Source of the DNA: a virus
Virus record (IMG/VR): IMGVR_UViG_3300032245_000795
Span: 51,084-115,083 of that record
Reading direction: 5' to 3' (one strand)
Length of the DNA: 64,000 nt
Part shown: positions 39,170 to 48,344 of the stretch, one piece after another
Layout: each line of letters begins with the position of its first letter
Numbering within the stretch: position 1 is the first letter of the stretch
Made by a program: the position numbers and the translations under genes
The notes under the pieces: generated by a model
Databases searched by the model: none
Told to the model about the DNA's origin: nothing
What the model saw: the letters and a program-made list of their open reading frames with translations, nothing else

Positions 39170-39729
39170 AAAAGATATTAGAAGACTTTAACTTTAAGCA
39201 TCATGTCAATTATGAGGTTGAGTCAATTAAAAATTATATAGATAGTTTTTCTGAAGAATGGTTTCTTAACACATCAAGACAAGATAATCACTATGTTCAT
39301 AAAGATACAAACTCATACTTTGTTTATACTGCAGATCTTAGATGGAAAGAGGGAGATATTTTTTCTACTCAAAAAACATCTAATGACAGCGCCTTGCTTG
39401 AACTTCTTGAGCCAATAATCTCAGACCTTGAAAAGATACATGATGGTGTTAGAGGCATGGTGCTTTTAATTAAGTTGAAGGCAGGTCAAGATATAGCGCC
39501 ACATCACGACTCAGGAGATTACCTAATGCTGTCAAGAAGAAACCATATACCAATAGTTACATCTGATGATGTATTTTTTGGTGTAGGAGATGAAAAGATT
39601 AAAATGAAGACTGGAGAATGTTGGGAAATCAATAACTCAAGAACTCATTTTGTAAACAATGGTAGTAAAATAGACAGGGTACATCTATTGATTGATATTG
39701 TGCCAAACACAGAGATAGGTAAAAAATGA
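39166..39729 (+). CDS. Aspartyl/asparaginyl beta-hydroxylase-like 2OG-Fe(II) oxygenase
   Basis: PHHD...RNHIPI...HFVNN...RVHLLID. Confidence 0.82.
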   Translation: MKKILEDFNFKHHVNYEVESIKNYIDSFSEEWFLNTSRQDNHYVHKDTNSYFVYTADLRWKEGDIFSTQKTSNDSALLELLEPIISDLEKIHDGVRGMVLLIKLKAGQDIAPHHDSGDYLMLSRRNHIPIVTSDDVFFGVGDEKIKMKTGECWEINNSRTHFVNNGSKIDRVHLLIDIVPNTEIGKK

Positions 39730-40487
39730 TTATTCAAATTATAGGTCTTCCAGGTTCAGGAAAGACAGAGTTGGCCAAGGCACTTAAAGAAAGAATTAAT
39801 GCTATTCATCTCAATGCAGATGAGGTTCGCTCAACAGTAAATTCAGACTTAGGATTTGCACCAGAAGATAGGCTTGAACAGGCTCGCCGCATGGGGGAGA
39901 TGGCAAGACTAATTGCTAAGCAAGGTATTGCTCCAGTAATAGTAGACTTTGTATGTCCTACTGATCTAACTCGTGCAGCATTTGGCAAATCAGATATCTT
40001 GGTATTCATGGACACAATTGCTGAAGGTCGCTTTGAAGACACAAACAAAATGTTTGAGCGCCCAACAGAGTTTGATGTGTCTTTTATTAGTCACAACTTA
40101 GATGCAGAAGCAAAAGCATCTCACATAATTCAAAAGTTTAACTTACATGATTGGTCTGCACCTACAACTCTAATGCTGGGCAGATACCAGCCATGGCATG
40201 AAGGCCACCACGCCCTTTATAAGGAGGCAGGAAAGAGAACTGACCAAGTACTTCTTGGAGTCCGCAATACCTATAACACAAGCGAGAAAGATCCACTTAA
40301 GTTTGATCAGGTAAAAGAGTATATTGGCAAAGATGAATTTATGGATGGCGCATTAGTATTAAGACTACCTAACATTACTAACATTGTATATGGCAGAGAT
40401 GTAGGATATAAGATTGAGCAAGTAGACTTAGGTGCAGATATTCATGCTATTTCTGCTACGCAAAAGCGTAAAGATATGGGAATCTAA
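39726..40487 (+). CDS. cysC: Adenylylsulfate kinase fused to HxGH nucleotidyltransferase
   Basis: GLPGSGKT, LNADEVR, DFVCP; C-terminal GRYQPWHEGH and ISATQKR. Confidence 0.8.
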   Translation: MIIQIIGLPGSGKTELAKALKERINAIHLNADEVRSTVNSDLGFAPEDRLEQARRMGEMARLIAKQGIAPVIVDFVCPTDLTRAAFGKSDILVFMDTIAEGRFEDTNKMFERPTEFDVSFISHNLDAEAKASHIIQKFNLHDWSAPTTLMLGRYQPWHEGHHALYKEAGKRTDQVLLGVRNTYNTSEKDPLKFDQVKEYIGKDEFMDGALVLRLPNITNIVYGRDVGYKIEQVDLGADIHAISATQKRKDMGI

Positions 40488-40595
40488 ATGTTAGAAAATG
40501 TTATTGCAATTGTTGTTTCGCTTATGGTCGCTGCTATTACTGTCTACTTTGTTGACAAAAAGTGGGGTGGATCTGATGACAGTAACCAAGGCTAG
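40488..40595 (+). CDS. Small single-TM protein (35 aa, not in ORF track)
   Basis: MLENVIAIVVSLMVAAITVYFVDKKW... Confidence 0.45.
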   Translation: MLENVIAIVVSLMVAAITVYFVDKKWGGSDDSNQG

Positions 40596-40779
40596 ATCTT
40601 TTACTAAGGCATTAAGTTATCGCATATGGGGAACACTATCTTCGTTTGTTGTTGCTTATGTAATTACTGGAGATGCAACACTTTCAGGAGCAATTGCCTT
40701 TTGGGAAACGGTAGTTAAAGTATTTATCTACTACGCACATGAGCGTGGTTGGAACTATATTCAGTGGGGAAGAAAATAA
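40576..40779 (+). CDS. DUF2061 membrane protein
   Basis: RSFTKALSYR...YYAHERGWN.I.WG. Confidence 0.8.
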   Translation: MTVTKARSFTKALSYRIWGTLSSFVVAYVITGDATLSGAIAFWETVVKVFIYYAHERGWNYIQWGRK

Positions 40780-42302
40780 TGAATAAGGACATAGTAGTTG
40801 TTGGTGGTGGAAGTGCTGGATGGCTGACTGCTTTAGCAGCAAAGCACAAGTATCCCAACCTTAATGTCATTGTTATAGAGTCAAAAGATATTGGAATCCT
40901 TGGCGCTGGAGAAGGATCAACCCCATACTTACCTGCATTTTTAGACAGCATAAACATAAGTCTAGAAGATTTAGTTAAAAATTGCGACGCAACTATAAAG
41001 AATGGTATTAAGTTTACTAATTGGAACAATGACAATGATTTTTACTATCATGGTTTTGGTGCTACAGACCTACCACTTGGAACAGAGGCTTTATCATCAA
41101 GATTTTTATCTGTAAGCCCAATGTTAGTATCAAGTCTTGTACTTAATAATGGCATAAGAGAAGTAGACTTTACGGAAAATTTATCAGAAAATAGCAAGGT
41201 TCCTTTTGTTCTTGAAAAAAACAAGGTTGGCAATGTAGTTTCAGACTATAAAAAATTAGCGCAGATATCTATTCATTTTAATGCTACAAAACTTGCAGTA
41301 AGGTTTAAAGAGATAGGCTTAGAAAGAGGTATTCAGGTTTTTGAAAATACAATAACTGAAGTATCCTTGGATGAAGATAATAACGTTAAAAGTCTGCAGT
41401 TGGATAATAATAAAACTATCCTATCTGATTTTGTTTTTGATTGCAGCGGATTCCATAGGCTTATTATAGGCAAAACACTTAATGGCAAGTGGAAAAGTTA
41501 TAAAGATCATCTTCCAGTAGACTCAGCCATTCCATTTTTTCTTGATATGACAGACAAAATTCCATCATACACAGAAGCAATTGCAATGAAGTATGGATGG
41601 ATATGGAAAATTCCACTACAGACAAGATTTGGATGCGGTTATGTCTATGATTCTTCTCTTATATCAGAAGCAGAAGCGATCAAAGAGTTAGAAGATTTCT
41701 TAGGTTTTGTTCCTCATTATCCAAGAAAAGATAAGGGCGGATTTAGTTTCAGCCCAGGAGCATTTGAAAGTCCATGGCAAAACAATGTTGTTGCAGTGGG
41801 ACTAGCAGCAAACTTTGTAGAGCCATTAGAGGCAACATCTCTTTGGGTTACAATGGTAGAACTGACTGAGATATTTAATAGTCCAGACTTCTTGCTAAAT
41901 AATTCTCAAGAAATTCGAGATGAGTTTAATAAGATTGTTATTAGTATGAACGATGACATTCTTAGTTTTATTTATTTCCATTACATGTCCTTAAGAAAAG
42001 ATACTGAGTTTTGGAAGAAGTTTTCTTATGAAAATGCTCCAGATAATTTAAAAAAGAAAATAAATATTTGGCAAAAAAGACTTCCTGGAAAGCAAGATAA
42101 TAGCAATCATTGGAATTCAAAGAGTTGGTTTTTGGTTGGGTCTGCACAAGAAACAATAAATAAGTCTATTGCAAAGGGTTACACAGATCTTTCAGAAGAG
42201 TATAGAAAAGCAATTGATACGTACGATTACTATAAAACATACAGAGAGTACAAGGTATCAGAATGTGTAGATCATAGACAATTTTTGGAGGGACTAAAAT
42301 GA
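40779..42302 (+). CDS. Tryptophan halogenase (PrnA/RebH)-family flavoprotein
   Basis: GGGSAG, GAGEGS, ATIKNGI (catalytic Lys position), DCSGF, WIWKIP, EPLEATS. Confidence 0.88.
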   Translation: MNKDIVVVGGGSAGWLTALAAKHKYPNLNVIVIESKDIGILGAGEGSTPYLPAFLDSINISLEDLVKNCDATIKNGIKFTNWNNDNDFYYHGFGATDLPLGTEALSSRFLSVSPMLVSSLVLNNGIREVDFTENLSENSKVPFVLEKNKVGNVVSDYKKLAQISIHFNATKLAVRFKEIGLERGIQVFENTITEVSLDEDNNVKSLQLDNNKTILSDFVFDCSGFHRLIIGKTLNGKWKSYKDHLPVDSAIPFFLDMTDKIPSYTEAIAMKYGWIWKIPLQTRFGCGYVYDSSLISEAEAIKELEDFLGFVPHYPRKDKGGFSFSPGAFESPWQNNVVAVGLAANFVEPLEATSLWVTMVELTEIFNSPDFLLNNSQEIRDEFNKIVISMNDDILSFIYFHYMSLRKDTEFWKKFSYENAPDNLKKKINIWQKRLPGKQDNSNHWNSKSWFLVGSAQETINKSIAKGYTDLSEEYRKAIDTYDYYKTYREYKVSECVDHRQFLEGLK

Positions 42303-42583
42303 AATTTAGAACAGAGTGGATTAATGCTCTAAAGACAATGAGGCATAAGTCTTATTGGGACCTACCAAATACTGTAGAGTTCTTTGCTTTTATGACCAAG
42401 GCAGCAATTATTGTCCCAGGTCTTATTTTTGGTGTACAGTTTTGGTGGCTATACATCTTTGCACTAATAACCAGTTTATCTTTAATCTGGTCGTCAACAG
42501 TTAAAACATTACCAACAATTATTTGGTTTAATATAATCTGGTCAATTCTTGCAGCAACTGCTATAATTAAGTATTGGGTCTAA
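42299..42583 (+). CDS. Small multi-TM membrane protein
   Basis: Three hydrophobic segments. Confidence 0.6.
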   Translation: MKFRTEWINALKTMRHKSYWDLPNTVEFFAFMTKAAIIVPGLIFGVQFWWLYIFALITSLSLIWSSTVKTLPTIIWFNIIWSILAATAIIKYWV

Positions 42584-42593
42584 GGGGGCACAA

Positions 42594-43001
42594 ATGTTTG
42601 AATATTATGTAAAAAAAGTAACAAAGGTAGTTGATGGAGATACCATTGATGTTGATATTGATTTAGGGTTTGACATTTCTTTTAGTTCAAGAGTCAGACT
42701 TGCTGGTATTGATACACCTGAGTCTCGTACAGCAGACAAGGCTGAAAAGGCTTTAGGACTAGAAGCAAAGGCTTATTTGAAGGCTGCTATTGACAGTGCT
42801 AAGTCTGTAGTAATTAAGACAGAGAAGATGGACTCTTCAGAAAAATATGGTCGTATTCTTGGTTGGGTTTATCTTGATGGAGATACCGTTTCTATTAATG
42901 ATAAGATGATCAATGATGGACATGCCTGGGGATACATGGGAGAAACAAAGGTCAAAGATTTTGACGCTTTGAAGAAGGCCAGAGCAAAGTCAGGTAAATA
43001 G
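42594..43001 (+). CDS. Staphylococcal nuclease (thermonuclease)-like protein
   Basis: VVDGDT, VRLAGIDTPE, KYGRIL. Confidence 0.9.
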   Translation: MFEYYVKKVTKVVDGDTIDVDIDLGFDISFSSRVRLAGIDTPESRTADKAEKALGLEAKAYLKAAIDSAKSVVIKTEKMDSSEKYGRILGWVYLDGDTVSINDKMINDGHAWGYMGETKVKDFDALKKARAKSGK

Positions 43002-43002
43002 A

Positions 43003-43227
43003 ATGGGGCTTAAAGAAGAAGCCATGCTTGAGCACCTGATGCTTCAGGGTGCTGTTGAATTTCAAGGTATAGATGAAGCAACTGGCGAGATGATGTATAC
43101 CATCACTGATAAGATGAAAGAAGTTAGTCCAGATATATATGAAGAACTAAAAGATCAGTATGAGCACCATATGTTTCAACTAATTGAGCAAGGTCCTACA
43201 AGAATGACATGGAGAATTCGTGGATGA
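43003..43227 (+). CDS. Hypothetical protein (paralog of next gene)
   Basis: L.L.GA.E..GID..TGE..Y..T.K..EVSP is shared with 43224. Confidence 0.6.
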   Translation: MGLKEEAMLEHLMLQGAVEFQGIDEATGEMMYTITDKMKEVSPDIYEELKDQYEHHMFQLIEQGPTRMTWRIRG

Positions 43228-43562
43228 ACTTCAAAGATGAGGATGACGCAATAGATCAACTAATTCTTTCTGGTGCCCTTGAGGTTGCTGGAATAGACAT
43301 GAATACAGGAGAGCCTATTTATAATTTTACAGAAAAATTAATAGAGGTAAGTCCAGAGTTACATAAAGAAGTTTCTTTGTATTTTTCTCGTGAAACCATG
43401 TCTTTATGGAGTCATGGGTTTTTGGACATGGATGTGACTGAAAAAAATCCTATAGTAACACTAACACCAAAGGCCTTAGATGATGCTGAAGTATCTAAAC
43501 TAAGCAAAGAGTCTCAGGCTACGCTGAGCGAAATAATAAGAGTTATTCTTTCAGATAAGTAG
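43224..43562 (+). CDS. Hypothetical protein (paralog of previous gene)
   Basis: Same motif; ATGA overlap. Confidence 0.6.
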   Translation: MNFKDEDDAIDQLILSGALEVAGIDMNTGEPIYNFTEKLIEVSPELHKEVSLYFSRETMSLWSHGFLDMDVTEKNPIVTLTPKALDDAEVSKLSKESQATLSEIIRVILSDK

Positions 43563-43582
43563 TATAATTGGTTTGGAGAAAT

Positions 43583-44005
43583 ATGGAATACTTTTTGGGG
43601 TCTGCTATAACAATGATTGCCATGTTCATTACGACAAGGCTAATATTGCCACGCAAACTAAATGCTAAAGTAAATAATTTTAGATACAGCCAAAGCCATA
43701 TTCATACATTAATTATGCCACTCATTCCAGATATCAAAAGTTATAAGAAAAAAATGATTACTCAGTCCAGCAAACATGATGAAAGAGTAAATATAAAAGT
43801 TGTAATATTTGACAATAAAGCATACTTTGTTAAAGATGGTAGTTTTTATTCCGCTGATATGGACGGAAACTTTATTGATAGACAGACGGCAACTGTAGTT
43901 GACACGATAGGTATGGATAAGGTACAATTAGATAAGATGCTGTTTATAATGGATCAACTTAGGGATGGGAAGAAAAATGATAGTGGGGATTCAAGGAACC
44001 AGTAG
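43583..44005 (+). CDS. Hypothetical protein with N-terminal TM
   Basis: GGAG RBS; hydrophobic N-terminus. Confidence 0.55.
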   Translation: MEYFLGSAITMIAMFITTRLILPRKLNAKVNNFRYSQSHIHTLIMPLIPDIKSYKKKMITQSSKHDERVNIKVVIFDNKAYFVKDGSFYSADMDGNFIDRQTATVVDTIGMDKVQLDKMLFIMDQLRDGKKNDSGDSRNQ

Positions 44006-44327
44006 TTTTGATGACTACCATGTCTTCCTTAGAGCAATGGCAGTTACTATGTCTTCTTTAAAGGAAGATGATCCATACCTTTATATATATTCTGCAGGAC
44101 CTGCAAATATTAATCTTATGGCTATGGAGTTTACAAACTTGTCTGAGCGTGGCTTAAAGGCTCGTGGAAAAAGTATTAAGTATAAGCCTGTTCCTCCTTC
44201 ATGGATAGCAGAAAACATTTCAGATGTAAACTACTTTGCTTTTTTAAGTAAAGAAAAAGAGCAGGTCTCAAAACTTGTCGATGAAGCAAAAAACAACAAT
44301 GTCGAATACGGCATTTTCAGATACTAA
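43977..44327 (+). CDS. Hypothetical, SLOG/YspA-like fold possible
   Basis: IVGIQGTSSFDDY N-terminus. Confidence 0.45.
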   Translation: MIVGIQGTSSFDDYHVFLRAMAVTMSSLKEDDPYLYIYSAGPANINLMAMEFTNLSERGLKARGKSIKYKPVPPSWIAENISDVNYFAFLSKEKEQVSKLVDEAKNNNVEYGIFRY

Positions 44328-44340
44328 CAAAGGAATAAAA

Positions 44341-44550
44341 ATGCAAATTAAATCATTAGAACAGATGGAAAAGATTGTTAATTCAAACAAGTCTTTGGTA
44401 TGGGATGGATGGACAGTGGTAAATACTTATCCCTCTGAGAAGGGTAGAACAGCACCACAAGGTGCATTCGTAGATGGTAAGTGGCACCTACAGCGTCGTT
44501 TTGTACCTTCTAAGAATGGATGGGACATACCAGACAAGTTTGTAGGTTAG
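44341..44550 (+). CDS. Hypothetical protein
   Basis: AAGGA RBS; WDGW motif. Confidence 0.55.
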   Translation: MQIKSLEQMEKIVNSNKSLVWDGWTVVNTYPSEKGRTAPQGAFVDGKWHLQRRFVPSKNGWDIPDKFVG

Positions 44551-44551
44551 T

Positions 44552-44836
44552 ATGCCTAAACATGAATGGAAAGATGATGCTTTGTGTTTGGACTATGATA
44601 CAAATTTATTCTTTGAAAAGTATGAAGATGATGAATTATTAAGGCCAGCAATAGATAAACTATGTTCTATGTGTCCAGTATCAAAGATGTGTTTTGCTGT
44701 TGGTGTTTCTCAAAAAGAATGGGGAGTTTGGGGTGGTGTTTATCTTGAAGCGGGTCAACTATCTAAAGAATTTTCTAAGCATAAGTCTAAATCAGACTGG
44801 GCAAATACATGGCAAAGACTGACAACGGAGCAATAA
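44552..44836 (+). CDS. whiB: WhiB-family Fe-S transcription factor
   Basis: W...ALC...FF...CSMCPV...C...GVWGG. Confidence 0.9.
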   Translation: MPKHEWKDDALCLDYDTNLFFEKYEDDELLRPAIDKLCSMCPVSKMCFAVGVSQKEWGVWGGVYLEAGQLSKEFSKHKSKSDWANTWQRLTTEQ

Positions 44837-44837
44837 A

Positions 44838-45074
44838 GTGTATACAGATTCAATGAGAAAAGCGTTTCATTCACTTAGAGGGCCAAAAGGTTTTTATCTT
44901 CAAGTAATTGATCATGACAATTTTTTAACAATAAAAGCAAGTGAAAAACAGTTTATGAGTTTGTCTGGAGAAGACAGAAAACAGGCGGTAGAGTACATGA
45001 TCCGTGTAAAAAAAGCATTAGAAGATAATGGTGCCATTGTTTTGTTAGTAAGAGAAGGAGGAAAAGAACAATGA
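44838..45074 (+). CDS. Hypothetical protein
   Basis: GTG start with GGAG RBS. Confidence 0.55.
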   Translation: MYTDSMRKAFHSLRGPKGFYLQVIDHDNFLTIKASEKQFMSLSGEDRKQAVEYMIRVKKALEDNGAIVLLVREGGKEQ

Positions 45075-45496
45075 TCGAATTTACTGCATTTACAGTTTTT
45101 ATATTTTTATTTTTTATTTTAATAATTAATAATATTAGGGTTAGCCTTAAACTTTCTTCTGCATATCAAAAATTAATTCAAGCCCACATAGATAACACTA
45201 TCTTGGCAGAAAAACTTTTTGAAACATCTGCACAAATAATAGTAAAAAAAGAAACAGATTCAGACGCTTTCTTAAAATTTGTTTCAGATTCTCGTGACTG
45301 GGCATATCAGTACATTGATGAGGTTCAAGAAGGTATAAACAAGTTTATTACTGATATTGAAGCAGAAATTGCATACTTTGATGAATATGGAGAGGTTGGT
45401 TCTGCATACCCTCATTATCACTCTATGAAGAAAATTTCAAAGGCATACAAAGAACTAAAGAAATTGCTACCAGAAGACTATGATAAAATAGAGTAA
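45071..45496 (+). CDS. Hypothetical membrane-anchored protein
   Basis: N-terminal TM; FVSDSRDWAY. Confidence 0.55.
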   Translation: MIEFTAFTVFIFLFFILIINNIRVSLKLSSAYQKLIQAHIDNTILAEKLFETSAQIIVKKETDSDAFLKFVSDSRDWAYQYIDEVQEGINKFITDIEAEIAYFDEYGEVGSAYPHYHSMKKISKAYKELKKLLPEDYDKIE

Positions 45497-45642
45497 TGAT
45501 CGTACTTAAATCAACTAAAAATCTTAACATGTTTATATGTGAAGAAGAGTTATGTCAGGATGAAAGTACAAGAGTTTGGGCAAGTTCTGAAAGTAGAATC
45601 GTAGAACTTTGTGACCTACATTACGGTAAGGCAAAGGAATGA
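45496..45642 (+). CDS. Small Cys/His protein (48 aa, not in ORF track)
   Basis: CEEELC...LCDLHY; coupled on both sides. Confidence 0.5.
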   Translation: MIVLKSTKNLNMFICEEELCQDESTRVWASSESRIVELCDLHYGKAKE

Positions 45643-46496
45643 AATTTTATTATTTTGGTGGTGTGTTAGGTTCAAAAACTTCTGTCAAATCTCCATCTAA
45701 TCTTAATGATCATGGGTTTCATGGGGTAATGTTTACACATGATATACCGCAAGGTGACATATTTATACAAACAGCCTTGGACATAAAGCCAAATGAAAAA
45801 ATTAAATACTTAGTAGCCATCCGTCCGTATACAATATCACCGCAATATCTTTATATGCTTAATGATTCACTAAACAAAATACAAAAAGATAGAGTACAAC
45901 TAAATATTATTTCAGGTTATACTAAAAATCATGAGAACAGTGTTAAAGGTATTGTTGGAAATGTAAATGATCAATCAGACAAGGTTGAAAAAAGAAAGTA
46001 CCTTGTTGAGTTTCTTGAATCATTAAATGAAATGAATTCAAACAAAGATCTAAATTATCCATTGGACTTCTTTGTAACAACAACAAACCCAAGAGTACTT
46101 GATGCTGTTAACAAATATAACAATAAGATAATTTTGCCATATAGTTTGTATAAGAACGACATTTGGTTTAAAAAATTTAATCGTCCATTAGAAGTTAAAA
46201 GTAAAGACATTATGTTGGCAATAACGCCAGTCATTAGAGACACAGAGGAAGAACTTGACGAGTTAAAAAACTACGCACTAAGACCTATATGGCAAGAAGG
46301 AGAAGTCTCCAGAGTAGTAAACGATGCTGCATACTTTACACCAAATAGTTTCCATGAATTTGTAAAAGATCTAAAGAAAAATAATATTCACTACATGTTG
46401 ATCAATGCTGTTCCGCAAGGGGAAAATGATATAATTATTCCTTTTATTAAAAATTATGTAGAATCAACAAAATATAAGGATATGGTACGAGCATGA
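45639..46496 (+). CDS. Luciferase-like (LLM/SsuD-like) monooxygenase, copy 1
   Basis: KYLVAIRPYTISPQY...RVQLNIISG. Confidence 0.65.
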   Translation: MKFYYFGGVLGSKTSVKSPSNLNDHGFHGVMFTHDIPQGDIFIQTALDIKPNEKIKYLVAIRPYTISPQYLYMLNDSLNKIQKDRVQLNIISGYTKNHENSVKGIVGNVNDQSDKVEKRKYLVEFLESLNEMNSNKDLNYPLDFFVTTTNPRVLDAVNKYNNKIILPYSLYKNDIWFKKFNRPLEVKSKDIMLAITPVIRDTEEELDELKNYALRPIWQEGEVSRVVNDAAYFTPNSFHEFVKDLKKNNIHYMLINAVPQGENDIIIPFIKNYVESTKYKDMVRA

Positions 46497-47371
46497 AGTT
46501 TTATTATTTTGGTGGTACATTCAATGAAAACGATACACTTGAAGACACATCTACCCTAAATAATCATCACTTTGATGGCGTTATGTTTACATATGATGCA
46601 ACACAAGGAGACATGTTTGTTAGGATTGCCAAAGATATTAAGTTAAACGAAAAAATTAAATACCTTGTTGCGATTAGACCCTATACAATATCTCCACAAT
46701 ACTTATATGCTATAAATCAATCAATAAGTGAAATTCAAAAAGATAGACTACAAATAAATATAATTGCAGGATATATTAAAGATCATGAAAGCAATGTTGG
46801 TGGAATTGTAGGTGATGTAAATGATTCATCATCTTCAGTTGAAAGGTCAAACTACACAATTAAATTTATTGAAAGTTTATATGAGATATCAAAAAATAAA
46901 GATAAAAAAGATCAATTGGATGTATACATATCAACAACGAACAACTATGTTTTTGATACAGTAAAAAAATATAAAAATAAAATTATACTTCCATATAGCA
47001 TTTACAAGCGTGGATTTTGGTCTGACTGGATTAAAGATCCTTCACTAAAGATTGAGTTTGAAAGAGGGGACATTGAAATAATGTTAGCAATGACTCCAGT
47101 TATTAGAGAAACTAAAGAAGAACTCGAATCCTTAGCACATCATGCTATGAAGCCAGTATGGAAAAAGGGAGACGTTACAAAAGTTGTAGAAGATGTAGAA
47201 TACTTTACACATGAAAGTTTTCATGAGTTTATTCAAATGCTTGAAGATGATAACATTAATCACTTATTAATAAATGCTGTACCAAGATCAGAGTCTACAA
47301 ATATTATTTCTTTTATAAAGAAATATGTAGAGTCAATAACAGATTTTGCTGGCCAACAGGCTGGTAAATAA
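46493..47371 (+). CDS. Luciferase-like (LLM/SsuD-like) monooxygenase, copy 2
   Basis: Tandem paralog sharing MKFYYFGG and KYLVAIRPYTISPQY. Confidence 0.65.
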   Translation: MKFYYFGGTFNENDTLEDTSTLNNHHFDGVMFTYDATQGDMFVRIAKDIKLNEKIKYLVAIRPYTISPQYLYAINQSISEIQKDRLQINIIAGYIKDHESNVGGIVGDVNDSSSSVERSNYTIKFIESLYEISKNKDKKDQLDVYISTTNNYVFDTVKKYKNKIILPYSIYKRGFWSDWIKDPSLKIEFERGDIEIMLAMTPVIRETKEELESLAHHAMKPVWKKGDVTKVVEDVEYFTHESFHEFIQMLEDDNINHLLINAVPRSESTNIISFIKKYVESITDFAGQQAGK

Positions 47372-47396
47372 ATAAAATATCCTATAGGAGGAAAAA

Positions 47397-47726
47397 ATGA
47401 ATAAAGCAATGATCGAATCATACGTAAGAAACCTTATTGGTCAGGTATTTGGAGCAATGGTAATTGTTTCACAAACATCTGGACTTGATATTCCATTTGG
47501 TTTTGGAACAAGTGAATGGCTACTTGTGGCAAATACACTATGGTCATCTCTTGTGCCAGTAGCGCTAAGATATATCAATAAGAAGGATCCAGCATTTGGA
47601 CTTGTCGCTGCAGCAGTAGCGCAAGAAGTTTCAAATAAACTGACTTCAGCACCAAAGAAGACCGCAAAGAAGGCTCCTGCAAAGAAGTCATCTGGTGGCG
47701 GAAGAACAAACAATCAAGTAAAATAA
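47397..47726 (+). CDS. Membrane protein, holin-like, with Lys/Ala tail
   Basis: Two TM segments, PVALRYINKKDPAFG, basic tail. Confidence 0.55.
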   Translation: MNKAMIESYVRNLIGQVFGAMVIVSQTSGLDIPFGFGTSEWLLVANTLWSSLVPVALRYINKKDPAFGLVAAAVAQEVSNKLTSAPKKTAKKAPAKKSSGGGRTNNQVK

Positions 47727-47743
47727 AGTAGTATAATTTATAC

Positions 47744-47858
47744 TATTCCGCTATAAGACTTTAAAAGGTTTTGCAACGGATGCTCGATGAAATGAGAGTT
47801 AGCAGGCTGATTGCCGTGGCTGATAGACCTGAGCAGTAGTCTATAAACTGCTCATTTC
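47744..47858 (+). ncRNA. Putative structured small RNA ending in pseudoknot copy 2
   Basis: TATAAT 47732-47737; hairpin 47747-47780; GTTAGC/GCTGAT stem; pseudoknot ATAGAC/GTCTAT plus TGAGCAG/CTGCTCA. Confidence 0.65.
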
Positions 47859-47927
47859 CTATGCTATAATATTTATACCTGCCCAAATGGGGGGTAAATT
47901 AACTTATTCGCTTGAAAGGGGAATAAA

Positions 47928-48332
47928 ATGGTAAAAACAGCACTGGATCTTTTTAATGATCCATTTTTCAATACCTTCTCAAATTTTCAGAAGGTAACAA
48001 CAACAACAAACTATCCACCTTATAACCAGATCAAACTAAATGATAAAGAATATATTCTTTCATTTGCATTGGCTGGATTTTCTAAGGATGATGTCTCAGT
48101 ATCGCTAGACAATCGCAAACTTACAATTAAGGGCGAGAAGCAGGATCCTGAGTTGCCAGAGGGTGCGGAGTATCTACATAAGGGCATTGCTGCTCGTAAG
48201 TTTACTGATATCTTCACCCTTCCTGAGTTTGTTGAGGTGGTTGGGGCTGAATTTAAAGACGGTATCTTAGATATTAGACTTGAAAAGCAGATCCCAGAAG
48301 ACAAACTACCAAAAACAATCGCAATCAAGTAG
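47928..48332 (+). CDS. Small heat-shock protein Hsp20 (IbpA-like)
   Basis: NYPPYN, ALAGF, YLHKGIAARKF, AEFKDGILDI. Confidence 0.93.
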   Translation: MVKTALDLFNDPFFNTFSNFQKVTTTTNYPPYNQIKLNDKEYILSFALAGFSKDDVSVSLDNRKLTIKGEKQDPELPEGAEYLHKGIAARKFTDIFTLPEFVEVVGAEFKDGILDIRLEKQIPEDKLPKTIAIK

Positions 48333-48344
48333 TACAATATAAAT

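Noticed and set aside
47780-47835. Hammerhead ribozyme (GATGA / CTGAT fragments)
   Set aside because: No complete CUGANGA plus GAAA core in the required stem context.
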